Shown piece by piece: positions 13,015 to 26,720 of a stretch of 64,000 nucleotides of DNA (position 1 is the first letter of the stretch; each line of letters begins with the position of its first letter). Origin of the DNA: Tubiluchus corallicola (taxonomy: Eukaryota > Animalia > Priapulida); assembly GCA_030141605.1 (NCBI GenBank), contig JAQGDQ010000046.1, positions 682,001 to 746,000 on the forward strand, in the 5' to 3' direction. The notes below the pieces were generated by a model. It was not told the origin of the DNA. It searched no databases and was given only the letters and a program-made list of their open reading frames with translations. Position numbers and translations under genes: made by a program.

Positions 13015-16000
13015 TCAGCAGGCCTTTACTTTTGCTTTTGAACATTTCACTTTGGCAGTCGACTGATAGACAAACTTGCTTTTGTATATAGTGCCAAACA
13101 GGGACTGGTGAACGTGATAGGGAGCAGAGCTAGGTTCAATATACGTGATACGAAGCAAGCAGAAAACGCTTGCAGAATTGATTTTTCTTAACTGCCACTT
13201 GTGCAACCTGTTTACGAGACAAGATTGTTATTTACGACCCCATCATGTAGATTTTTTACATTGCTGCACAATAAAATTAAGCAGTGCCACGCAAGGCAAG
13301 ACGGCCTTTAATCACTACTACCGTCGAGGAACAACATTTTCTTGATTTTCCCGTCCTATAACATATATAAGCTTATTATATATTCATAAAGGTTTTCCCA
13401 GCTTACTGAGAGGCATTAAAAGTAAAAGATCTTTTTGGCAAACAACTGTGTTTCTACTGTCAAATCTACATAAGCTTTCAGATACGGACACAAACACTTA
13501 TTATACACATTCTATTAATCAAGAAACACAAGTTGCTATAAAAGGCGCATGTCTTCGCAGGTACACTTTCCCTGAAGATACTGTGGAAACTATTTCAGCG
13601 AATTGGTGAAATGCTTGAGCACACAACCCTATAAACATAACCTTCTCTCTGTTACTAGTTTCCCCAGAACAACGATGGCCCTATATCACAAAAAATATCC
13701 ATGAATACACATCTCTTCTTTCTCCAGTGTTGATTTTTTTCTAAAAATATCACCATATCATGCTCCGTTGTAAAGGGACTTCGGTCGACTTTGGTAAGCA
13801 ACTGGTCTGAAAAGGGATCTGATAGTATGTCTTTGTAGTAAAGCTTCTCTAATGTAGTTCACAGTAATGATTTTTAGATTATCAGTGAGTAAGTAATCAT
13901 CAGGAAGTGAATATCAGTTTTTGAAGAGAGAATAGGCTCAAAACGGGAGCTTCCAAGCTTTCAGTGTTTTTGCATTGAAAGTTGTCATTTATCATCCTCT
14001 GCATACAAGAGTATTATGTGGCCGTTTTGTGACTAAAGAACTTTTCTGTTTAGTACAAAGCTCCAAAACCAGTTCACGATTCTGCTCTAATGCCTCGTAT
14101 TTATTTGAAGGACTGAACATATAGTTAGGTATTCGTTGATAAGTACAGTTCAGAAATTAATTATGTTTGATGCAAGTTATACGGTCAGGGCATAGTGAAA
14201 GACATACAGCTAATTAAATTTCATTAATCACTATCTAACAGTATATCTATTTAATCAATGCTGCACCTTAACATTAAAGATGCCAAACACTGCAAATGAC
14301 TGTCCATCGACAATGTATTCAATTGAAGCCTCATATGTACATGTAGGCTTTTGTGCAACTGGATCAGTCTGGATGCTCGTATGTCAGACACTGTCACTAA
14401 GCAGTTAATGAAATACTGGCGCTTTGAAATGGCCGATTACTACAATTTGACCAGCCTGTCTGTTACAATAATGCTAATAGAGCATGCACGGCATTGACGC
14501 TTAATGTAACGTTACATGTGCTGAAGGCAAAATGAAAACCATGGAAACCTAAAAACTAAAGAAAAGCAATTTTTCCTTTTTCTTGCTCTGTGTCATTAGA
14601 AATTTACATAAGGGGGGAAGAGAATGTGCTAACTCTCTTTACAATGCCTCATCGTCATAATGCATTCCCAACATGCGGCAACGGCAGCCGTCAAACAATA
14701 GTAGCGGGTTCATTTGATTTAAATTTATTCGTACACGCAGTACTCCTTCATTGCGCACATCAAGCACCAGCCACAGTAAATTGAGCTACGAAAATGCGAG
14801 TCTTATTTTTCCTTTTTCAGAATTTCATTCTTCGAAATTTCTGACCCTGAATTTGTTCCTCGAATTCTGCCTGAGATAATACTTCGTAGATATTATGTGT
14901 ATGGCAAATCATATTTGAAATTCACAAAACCAAGTTAGTGAACGCAATCCTTAAACATAAAATTAGACCATTAATAAACAACTTGCTTGGAGAACCACAA
15001 CATTACAATATTTATAATATTCCGCTATAACTCAAGAAGGGACTTGAAAGTAAGGGTCTATTTTTCATGACCCATGACCCAAAGGCCTGTGTTGCTGGTT
15101 AACTAATACTCACTGAACCACCATGAAAAATTACAAACTTTATTCACGTGTTACAAGCTATTAACGAAGAAAACTTGGAATAATGATATGCCTAGTAGCT
15201 ACCGTAAATAGATAAGTGACCAATGAAGCTACAATTCGTAAGAAAACGATTGTTTTTTATTAATGTTTCATGACAGTGACAAATATTTCTGTGTCTCTTG
15301 AAAAACAACGCGTCTCTCCGACAAGAAAATTCTTCTAAAATAAGTCACAACCGAATTCAAGAGTATGAACCTTTCACAAAAATTTTATGCAATCGTTCAT
15401 TGATCTACATCGTAGATTTGCAGATCAAAAGGCCAAGTTTAATAACCAAACAATTTATTTGATTTCGAAGTAAACCAATCCAATCTAAGCGCAAAAATGA
15501 TAATTTTAACAAAGCAAGCATGTTGAGAGTTGGGACAGGGTAGAATAATTTTGGACTGTTAAACAAGCTACAGCCCCTTGAAGCCGGATATCAAACACGA
15601 AATATAGAAACCCGCACAGCAAACAGTTCGCATGGTAATATCGATTGCCTGCCGTACAGTGTATTTAGACTCTTGATTTGCCCAATAAAGGTTTAGGCAG
15701 AAAGGCAAGCAAACCCGATATCGTAGGAACTAGCTTTGATTATGAGGTGGAAAGACTTTTAATTATTTCGGGGTGGCAGTCACACGGGTGCTGTTAATTT
15801 TACTAGCTACTGTCAGCAGTTAAAACTGCGATGTTTTATGCAAAAAATTTTACTTATATGTATATTACGCGAACTTTTACCTATACATGGCATGTGCACA
15901 GCAAGTAAGAAAAAAGATTTTACTATCTAAAATAATTCAAAAGCATTCTTTATAATATTTCTTGCAATATTGGCTACACCAAATACAACCGCAAACAAAA

Positions 16001-16356
16001 TGTTATAGTTTACAAATGGACCGCTTGCAAAGTTTGCTGATAATCTATGTGAAAAACTACAAAGTGGACAGAAAGGGTTACATATACAAAAATCAGAAAA
16101 AGGAGTAAAACGTCTTTCCGCCACGCCAAATTAAAACCTGCCGCCCGTTCAATACAATATAAGCTTGCTGGATAATGCAAAGAAATTTTTGCTGCAGAAT
16201 CAATCAAATCTGTGGACACTCACACAGCTTCTGCGAAATTTTTCTTCGTCGATCCATTAAATATTACTAACCTAACATTTACTAACGTTTAATATTAAGC
16301 CATTATGTCAACATTGATATAAAACGTTTCTTTTAAATGTCTGTTATTACTGTCAC

Positions 16357-16452
16357 ACCACCATCACCATTATCATCATCATCATCGTCTTCGTCATCGT
16401 CATCATCATCATCATCACCATCATCATCAGCAGCAGCAGTAGCAGCAGCAGC
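16357..16452. repeat. Compound (CCA/TCA/GCA)n trinucleotide tract
   Basis: Imperfect run just inside the intron after the giant exon. Confidence 0.9.
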
Positions 16453-16508
16453 TTTAACTGCTAACTACAAGTACTACAACTACCAACTACAAAGGCTGGT
16501 TAACTTAC

Positions 16509-19500
16509 CCCGATATTTAGAGAAGGCACCGACCGTGACGGATGAAACGTTCCTGCACGATAACCGCCATTGTGATAATTCAAAGATGATGCTATGCTGA
16601 GCTGATTCCAGTTTTGATTGGCCAATGTCACTGCTGGATGAGACGAATTCTGCCCTTCAATCAGTGAAATGTTCGGAGTAGAAGTAGCCATATTCATATC
16701 GCCATGTCCACCACTACCGTCTTCAAATGACGGTGAGGAACCAACAACCCTTAAAGTAGGTGTTCGATCTGGTAAACTATGATGTATAGGAGAAAAAGCT
16801 GGAGAAGAGAAGGCAGGTGTCGTAGGCGTTGAATGTACACGTGTCACTGGCAATGGAACGCGTAGGAAAGGCTCACTATCAGAATGCACTTGTTGTATTG
16901 CACCAGAAATGTCCGTACTTTTGGAACGTCTTTTAACAGATGGTAGCCGAATAAATGGAGAAGGCGGTGGCATTTTGTCAACTTTCTCCATCCTGATGCT
17001 CTCAAAAGCATCCCCTGTAGACTGTGCTCGCTTACGATCCCCCAATGTTGGCTCACTGCTAGAAGGCGACATGGCATCTGCAATCCTTGCCGTATCTGCA
17101 TCTTTTGCAGTTGAACTCGCGCCACTAGGATCACTATAATATTTTACTTTAAGAAGCTTGCTGTCATCACAAACTGTAATCTTTGACACATTCTCTTGTG
17201 TGTTTTTGCTTGCTTCACTTTCACTTACACTAGGCGTGGTACTCACGCTTGTCACCATTTCAGTCATGGATGTAGTGCTAGGCAAAGAATGACTACTGTT
17301 ATCAACACTATCATCGTCAGACAGTTGAGAAGTATGTTCATTGCTGGCGTCAGAGGTCAACACAATTCCTTTCCGCCTTTTCTTTTTTTCAATAGAGGCA
17401 GAAGACTCGTCTTTCTGAGGAGCAACTTTCATTGAGAAAACTGTCTGGTATGTTTTCTGTTCCACTTCAGTGGAATTTTCCTCTTCCTCATCAACAGACT
17501 CTGGTGAAGCTAAACTGGCCATTGTTTTTGGTAGCCTCTCACCAAATTTTGATATAAGCATGTTCTTATTTGCATGTTTATCCTCAGTTAAGAAAGACTT
17601 AGCAGTAGCATAGGACCTAGAGTCATTTTTTGTGGCAAGCCTAGAAACATTTTCTGGCAGCGACTTTTTCCGTGCATCACTTATCTTTGAAGAAGCAAAA
17701 CTGTTTTGCGTTTTAGGACTAGAAGCATCGTCGGACTTTGCTAAGGCACTGCTATTATACTGCTTAGTTATATCGGCTCTTGTGAGTTTAGTATTTCCGG
17801 AGTCTCTCACAGGTATAGCAGTACTGTAGATTCGAACAACGTCTACTTTAGTGTCATCATGATCATTCTTAAAGCTAGTTGGTTTCGATTTAGTCAGCAT
17901 TTTTTCCGACATGTTGCCACCAATGCTTTTTAAGGAGCTTTGACATGTGGTGGCAGGCTCTGATTCATTTACACACACACTATTTAGTTTTGACACATTT
18001 AACTTAGGCTTATGAAAAGTTTCTCTACCTGCAGCAGTTCTTGGTAAAGTTGCTATAGAGTCAACATTACTACCACTACTTGACTTGTAAGTGCTACCAG
18101 AAGGTATAGAAAGCGTATTTGGTCGTGATGCCTGGGGAATGTTTGTTTCATGCTTTTGCAGTTTCAATGTCAGCTCATGCAACTTCTCTTTTGAAGAAGA
18201 AACTGGCGACTCTGGTCTTTGAGGGACTGGAGATTTGCTTGGTGATCGAGACTGATCAGGAGTGGCACCCACATAGAACATTGGTGAATCACTTGCACAA
18301 TGAGTTGCGTCAGTCACTTGTTCTTGCAGTGTTGTTTCACTTATGGTTTTTGTAGAAGATGGCGAGCGATTCGGATCAGAGTTTGTTCGACGAACAGGGC
18401 TAACTTGAAATCGAGGCAGGTCTGACACTTTCGGTATGTGTGAAGTGTGTAAAGATGAAGCATCTGCATGTGCTTTGTCTTTACTGGTGCTTTTCCGCGA
18501 CGTCATAATCAAGCTATCCTTGACTGAATCTCCACGTGAAGTCCATGCTTTGGCAATACTTTCATTCTGAAAGGACTGTACACTCTTTTTTGTGTACTTG
18601 GATAAACTCAAAGCAAGCTGAACAGCTTTTCCACAAGCTGCAAATGAAGGTCGCAGTGGTGGCTTGCCAGAAGGTTCTTTGCTAGGATAAGAAAATCCCT
18701 TGGCTGTTTGCGTGCTACCAGTAGGGGTAGCACCATCAGTACTTGAATGAGTTGAAAGTGGTGGAGACGGCAGCGTCTCAGTATTGCTTTCGTTCGCTGT
18801 TTTTCTTCTTTCAATTGAATAATCTGAATACTTAGTTGGCACCTTTTGTTTTTCTGACACTGCTTCAGTACTATCATGGCTACATTCTTCTGCTGTATTC
18901 ACCAACACCTTTTCTGTGCCATCTTTATGACCAATTTCCTTTGCCTTTGCTCCTGACTTTTTCTTTGAAAGTCTTTTCCTCCTTGCTTTAGTAGCTGTTT
19001 CTTTACTAGATGTATTTTGGGAAAGGTCTGTTCCAACTTCTTCTGTGTTAGTAAGTTTTTCCTTGGTTTCCCTTGTCTGTCGAGCGAGTAAATGTGCTGT
19101 AGGCTCATCAACACTTTTTGCTAACTGCTCATATATTTTGCCTTGTTGAAGGAATCGAAGCAATCCAGATAATTTCGAGTCTGATTGTTTCCTTCCAGGT
19201 TCATTTGCAGAAGCCTCAGGCACACCCTGTAACCTGGATACAGATTGCCTATTAGAGTCCAACCCTGTTCCTTCCAGATTTATTTCTGTCCAGGGATGAT
19301 AGAATGTCCTTAAATGAAACCTTTTCACCAAACATAGACCATCAGCACGAAATGAGCCGCCACATTCATTAGTAGTCACACTATCACTGCAGTCACGCGG
19401 TTTGCTCACAGAAGCATCAAAAACACTGGTACAACTTGTACGCTTGTCAGCCGATACAAAAACATCACTGGCAGATGAAACAAATTTTCTCTCGAGAGCG

Positions 19501-20147
19501 TCCCGGGGTAAATCCTCTAAATGTGGATCACTTCCAGGGACGTCAAGCAAATGAGTAGTTGATTCATCAATGCGTGACCTGATGAGAAGTGACCAATGGA
19601 GAGGCGAAGATTCATCAACGCCCGCACGGAATGATTGATTATCCTCTACTGCGCTTGTATACGATGGTTTTGTAACACTGCCCACGGGCTTTACTGAATG
19701 CGAATCCTCGGTACAATCAATATAACAATCTTCATCGCTTGTTAATAATTGCCTCTCCTGTTGTTGATTATAGTCGGTAGTTGCACATTCACTATAGTGG
19801 CCGCGAAAAACGCTAATTGCTGAAGAGCCTTGTTCCGAACAGTCGAATTTTTTCTGTACACATTCTCGAGAATCGACCCTTTGCGTGGAGACAAAGCCAG
19901 TAGTTGAGCGTAAGTCACAGTATTCACGAACGTCTGTTGGTTCTTGCGTGGTTTCACTGCTGAGATGCAGTGCTATTTTTGGTTCATAGCATTCCTCTAC
20001 ACTCAGTTGCCTCCTGATACGAACAGTAGGAGTTTTGCTAACTCGCTGGTTAGAATTAGCCGAGAACACCTGATACACGGTCGTGTCGGAAGAGCACTGA
20101 TCAACATCTGGCGCTGGCTTCTCTTGCACTGATTTAACGCCTCTCAT
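16509..20147 (-). CDS. Giant coding exon (~1213 codons) of an unidentified gene; Ser/Thr/Lys-rich, probably disordered N-terminal region
   Basis: 3.6 kb stop-free frame in AT-rich DNA with locally higher GC. The ORF's final 'VS*' is a consensus donor (ATC GGG|GTAAGT, phase 0). An in-frame TGA lies 8 codons upstream of the ATG. No domain recognised. Confidence 0.8.
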
Positions 20148-20472
20148 TTGTGACCTGTCGCAGTCAATTCACGTCGTAATTATGAACACCACTGATCCAT
20201 TGTGTTCAGTATGCTGCGGTTGCCTACGTCGAATAAACACGCTTTTATTTATGACAAAAATGAGTGTAAGAGAAAAAGGAAGAGGAAGGGTGAGAGAGAG
20301 AGGGGGAAGAGAAGAAGAGAAAGAGAGAGAGGGGAGGGAATGATAGAAAGCAAGAAAGTAAAAAAATCAGGAGAGATGATGCAGAGAAAGGAAGGAGAGG
20401 AAAAAGCAAAGATATAACTGAATAAATAGAATTCATTTAATAGAAAATCAATTAAATAGTCAAATAGCTGAA

Positions 20473-20744
<272 letters not shown>

Positions 20745-21001
20745 CTACCCCTTACTGTTAGTGCCTTTTCGATATTATTGTGCACCATTTAGTTTAAAAT
20801 TCGATTCATTAACAGCCAAACCCAGAAAACATTTAACAGTGATTGTACTCTAATCTAAAGTTCTTTATAAACAAAGTTGTGGTACGAATTTTCTTTTACT
20901 GCAAACTATTTAATGCATTTAAGCTTGTCTTTTTTGAACCAAGGCACGTTAATTATTGTCTACGTATATAATAATGATGATGATATATAATAATGATGAT
21001 G

Positions 21002-21005
<4 letters not shown>

Positions 21006-21087
<82 letters not shown>
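21006..21087. repeat. (TAA)n microsatellite
   Basis: Perfect run. Confidence 0.97.
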
Positions 21088-21088
<1 letters not shown>

Positions 21089-24000
21089 CATTTTTATTTG
21101 ATCAGTTGATATAAAAAATGACTTTGCTATGCTTACATATTCATGTAATTATGTGACCAGGTGAGAATATTGATCTTACTGTGTACGTGACACATTTGAT
21201 GCGTTTTTGGCTGAAAATGAAGTTATCTTACGTTACGTTGTCTTACCTTACTTTGGCTTACGTTACACCTTGATAACATATCTTTGCTTCTATATTAAAG
21301 GCATTAATACACATGCAAGTGGACAAACTGACAACCAACTAAAGTTTTTTTACCGTGGTTTAAGTTAGGTAATGCATTTACACGGCAGCAAACTACTGTC
21401 AAACTTAATCTTTCGTGTACAGTTTCGTATACATTACTGCAAAAGTCAGGAAAGTTTATCATTAACTTGTTGTTATATACGACCTAAAGTTGTTAGTTTA
21501 CAAACATCCTAAAGTCAGCACTTATCAGCACATTTTTTTGCCACGAACAACAAATGCAATATCACATTAGTTTCATTGATAAAACAGTATAATAGACCTC
21601 AGAACCTTAGACTTCAGAGCGTCACACTAGCTGCTGGAAATTATTTTTACCCTGCACAATAATATTTTGTTACGAACATAGTAAGAATAATCAGCGTACA
21701 ATAATAATAATAAAACTGTTAATAATCTGTCAGTTTTAGTTCTATGAATATAAAATAAAACTCTAAAACAAGAGGATATGCCATAGCTTTCTAATCAACA
21801 ACATTAGCTGTCGATTAATTAATGCTGAATTAGATTCTCCTCTATCATTCCAAGGATTAATACTCAGTAACAGTCCACGTGTACCAGCCATTATATACTG
21901 TCCTTCTGCAACAGAACAGTAATGCACATCTTGTACAGTTGAATTCTCGTACATTTAGTTTTTCTCATTTTTAAGCGAATTCACGAACTTTTTCTGCTTA
22001 GTGGATGTTGCGAATTTCTGTTTTTACATGCTAAAAATATCATTTTACACACTGATGTAAACTCTCCGCACTTCACTGTATACTGATGGCATGCTCGCTG
22101 ATTCTCTAGTTTTCTTTTCAATGGCTCAGAGATTATTAAAGGTTTGCGAATCGAAGTTCCACGTGACTGCATCTTACCTGTGCGTGTTTGCACTAATACC
22201 TGGCCACTTACCTGTCGCCCTATAATGTTCATTTCCATCTTGATCATTGCCCTAACATGCCATAGCTGCTGCACAGGTATCACAAACTACCTTAATTAAT
22301 TTTATACTCAAGTGCTAAATTAATATTTCCTCAAGTGTAGACATCATCTATTTTATACTTCCTGACACTTGGTCACAAAAGATATGCATGGTGTACAAAA
22401 ACCACCAGGGTGTTTGACTTGAAAAGACATTGTTTTTTTCTGCTGTTCCATCTAGATGATGGATTGAACAGAGTCACATTATGAATCTGACCCCGTAGAC
22501 CCATTTTACTAATTTTCTAGATAAACAAATAACTCGTGAAAATAAAGTCCGCTGAACCTTAACCTTCTCACCTAACTAGTTATTGGCCAAAAATATTTTG
22601 CTCTACTTTCATTACTTTTTTCTCATATGGTACGAAACAACAATAATTAGTTAATTCCGCAAATCACAGCAATACTTTTACCCAACATTTAGGTTAATAA
22701 CAGTTTTCTGATTTGCTGTTGCTGTTGTGCAACACTATATTGCTGTATTCTAAATGCTGGACAGCTGAACACTCTTGTCTCCGTCTACAAGATTATAGTT
22801 AAAAATGTTTTTCTGCGGACTAACTTTTTATGCTGTGAGGTAAAAATAACACCCTGGCATCACTTTGAAAGACAAGCTATTATTCGCGTGTCATCCATGT
22901 AATTTGGGCTGAAGGTTGAAGTGTCGAAGGGGCCCCAACTCCCAAGGTACTTAAAGGCTAATAGAGGCCCTACCAATACGATCTTGCACGACAATGTCGT
23001 AACAACTACATGTAGTCCGAAAATCACCCTAGTTATGTATTAGCGGGTTAATTCAATGCGCAGAATCGATCATATTAGAGGATTATGATTATTTTGGGAA
23101 AGAAGCTACTTTTTTATTTCATTAAAAATACGTAAAACTCGCACGAACATCACATCCATCGATTTTGTAGAAAATAATCTCCTGAAAGATCCATTAATAC
23201 CTAACTCACTTAGTTTGAACCTGAATGTTGTTGTCTAATTCACTTTTGTAAGATGACGCTTTTTCGCTTCGACTCTAATGCAATACCAGTGCATACGACT
23301 CTACTGCAGAAATTTCGCTTGGTCACTATACCAACTATAACTTAGTAATAACGACAACATATTTTTAAATACTTATTTTCTTACGCCATCTATAATGTTT
23401 TTTATTAAGACGGAAATTAATAATCGGCGTGAATAAGCTGCGCCCAGTTATCGCTTAAATCCGTCATCCCAGGATGCTAACATAAAATCGAAGATAAGAA
23501 ACAAAGAGACAAACAAACATAGAAAATGGGAAAACTTTGAATTTGCAAGTTTCTTATTTTATCAAAAGTAGTGTTCTAATTATCCAGCTCTTCCTGTGAT
23601 AATCAAAATTTCTGAAGTATCGTGCAGTGTTGTTTCAAATTTATGAATAGCGGTTGATTAATGTGTTGCTGTAAACGGCCACTGTGGAAATGAGCGAAAT
23701 ATTCGTAAATTTCGCAGCAAAAAGTTCAGGAAATACCCTTCACATATCCCTATATCGTGTATATTCGTTATTAAATTTTGTCATGTAGCCTAAATGACGC
23801 GGCGACTTACTACTATTGCTTGGCAGCCATGGCGACTTTTTGAGAAAAATGCATCTGTACCTCTAAAATAATTAGTTTAGTCTCACTGTCTGTAAATTTA
23901 GGAACCTCTCAAGTTCCCAATTTCTACTAACTTTCAAGAGAAATTGCACTGTGCCAACATAGTATGGCTTATAAAGAAAGACAGGAATCTTCATAATTGT

Positions 24001-24130
24001 GCGTTCGCCTAAAACTTTTAAGTGCAATTATTTACTAATTTACAAGATTGGAATTTTGTTTTAGAATTACACATAACTGAGTATCGCTTCACGAGCACGC
24101 AAATAAATTCAATTATGAAGCTCTTGTAAG

Positions 24131-25185
24131 TAAGATTTTGCTGTTCTTGGGTCTTATGCAGTTATTTCTTTATTATTAACCATTATTCTCCGCTAACATT
24201 TCGCTTAATAATTAGTTAAGCTTGCTAACTAGGATCATGAAACTCACGAAGAGGGTAGCCCTGGGAGTGGGAAAGACAGCAGTGCGTTAGCCTTTGACCG
24301 CTGGTCAAGGGGCAAGGTCAGTGGGCGTCGGTCGATTTTCCAATTATGATTCAACTCCGCCTAGGGTTTGAGTCTTTTAATTATTTTAAATGTGCACCTG
24401 GGATTTTAAAAGGCTGGGAGGCTTTAGACATAAGATAACGGGGCTAAATGCAAACTAGAGGCACCCTCATATGGCGACCTCTTAGACGCAGAGCGCTAGC
24501 GACACAGAACTCACACGACACACTCTCTGAGTAAACTCTCTGAGGACTATGTTTACATGTGAACCGAGAATGCCGGGACGGAGGTCATGGAGTGGGCAGT
24601 CTTTTTTTTGTTAGGCTGTATGTGTTAGACTTGAGTTAAGTCCACAATTTTGTGAATGTACGGTGTTAAGACAGTGTTGAGGTCTTGTGTGTGACAGAAC
24701 ATTTTTCTGCTAATGGGCAAAAATCGAAATTTGCGGGTCGGGAACAGAAATGCCTGGAGTTTCCAGAGACAATATCTTGTAGCATACAGAATGAAAGATT
24801 TCAATGAGATGAATCGAATAGTACAGGTTATAATAAGATTGGTTCACCTGCGAGCCTATAAGAGCATCTACTATTCTACAAAAGCTTCCACTGTCAAGCG
24901 GCACTAGCTTACAGCACATCAAATAAAACGCCTCGATGAGGTCAATTTAATAATAAAAGTTGACAGACAACTAATTGGTTGACCTTTGACCCACGGGTCA
25001 CGAGTTGAAAAGTTACTAGTTACAATTTTATTTTGAAGTAAAATTCCTACATAATTAAGCAACGCGAATTCAGTAAAATCAAAAATATGACATTCAAACA
25101 AAAGCTGTCTTTTCAAGGCCTAATTCTGTAACTATTGTTTGCAAAATCTTCAGTTACTGGCTATGTCAGAAACATTGTCAACTAG
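24131..25185 (+). mobile_element. Non-autonomous Helentron/HINE-like element, copy 1 (diverged, 1 internal repeat unit)
   Basis: Collinear similarity to 45634-46731 and 54042-55685. SubTIRs AAGATTTTGC/GCAAAATCTT, a degenerate 3' hairpin and a CATTGTCAACTAG end. Confidence 0.75.
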
Positions 25186-26149
25186 CTTAGGAACAACTTT
25201 TGAAAATAACTTATCCCACTTCAAAGCTCCACTCTGTGACAACAATGAACAGTTCATGTTCTTTCTTTTATTGAGCGTTTCCAAAAACTTGAACTTATAT
25301 CATGCTAGAAAAGAATAATTTAATAAGTTCAATTAATTGGTTAAATAAATTATTGGCCCCAAGTTCCTGAAAATGGACCTAATTCCCGAAATTCCGTTCC
25401 GCAAACTAAATTTACTTATGACGGCAATGCATGCCGATTGTAACAAATTTACGGCCACTCGCTCCGTCATACCCGTCTTGTAACATCCCATTAATAATTC
25501 GAAACAAGCCACAAACAAGAAGTTGTATTACGCAGTAGTCCATACTGCGTATTTATAAACCCTTTTAAGTATAGTCTGCAAATTTTATTACAGGTCCAGT
25601 TGTCACAGAACATGATTATATAATCACAGCAGCTGCTGTAGAGGTAGTATCAAATAAATGGTAGTGAAGGAGCAAAGAATCCAGTTTTTCTGAAGTTTAC
25701 TGACATGCAGATTGCAGAAGCGCATAAACTTCAAGCAAATAAAACACTATACAGTTTCGTAGAAGTCATTTAAAAACAAAGATCATCTGATCATCGGCGA
25801 TGGAATTACGCACGCACATGTCGAGAAATTTCTCGACGGGATTTAATACGTATTAGCAATCTACCTGAGTGATACCACTCAGACGGTAGTCAGTGCATGC
25901 CGCGTTTAATCGCGTATGTGCACGTGTATATACATCTGTCTATGTGTTCGCCGCACAAAACCAAAATGGAAGAAGCTATTTATTAAACTTGGCATAGGGA
26001 TGCCTCTGGGCACGACCTAAAAACCATTGTTTCCTGGTTCAAAAGGTCAATGTCAGAAGGTGAAAAATGTCCCGTCCTGCACAATAAAATAAAAACGGAT
26101 GCAACTATCACAAAAAGGGTTACACATCCTTCACAAGAACATCTGAAAA

Positions 26150-26720
26150 AATACAGTGATTGTGATAGTGTGCCTTTACTGCGAAAATGTCAAATCACTG
26201 ACAACAAATTTAACCTCTCTGCTGCCTCTTGATATTGGTTATCATGAACAATTATCTTTTCCATCTTTCTTTAGTAAACATCTTTAAAGCATCGTCCATA
26301 ACCTCTATTACATAACTTTGTATCTTGATATGTTTTGTTTTGAAAAAAGAAACACAACTGTTTGACCTGCCAGTAACTCTTCTAGATAGTCTACGCTCAT
26401 GTTTCTCATCACCATCCTCACCAATGGACAAAGCTTCTGCTTTTTCTAACTTTTTCTAGTTCATGTGATACACCACATTCATTTTGGTTTCATGCTAAAT
26501 GTGTGTTATATGCCAGCCTGTAGATTTTGTGGGTTGACGATTGTTCCCAGTTGTGTCTTTTATTCTATCCAAAACTCTGTTAAATCCATAATGAATGGGC
26601 TCTGGAATCTGAGCCCAAAGCTATGCTTTCATCTGCCTATATTCAGACCAGCGTCTGTTTTCGTTTGGCCTCTATGCATTGATTGTAAAAACGACATTTT
26701 GTTTCCTGTGTTTTTAATTC
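26150..26720 (-). pseudogene. Possible decayed DNA-transposon protein fragment (Academ-like)
   Basis: Broken - strand frames give VVYHMN*KKLEKAE and DL..AVKAHYHNHC, resembling a DLxAxxAxYHxxC motif that I associate from memory with Academ-type proteins. Confidence 0.3.

Noticed and set aside
13680-14130. - strand ILLYAEDD resembling an RT YADD box
   Set aside because: Flanking RT motifs are not recognisable; too weak to call.
16844-20132. Short overlapping or antisense ORFs inside the giant exon
   Set aside because: These are expected shadow ORFs of a long, GC-richer coding exon.
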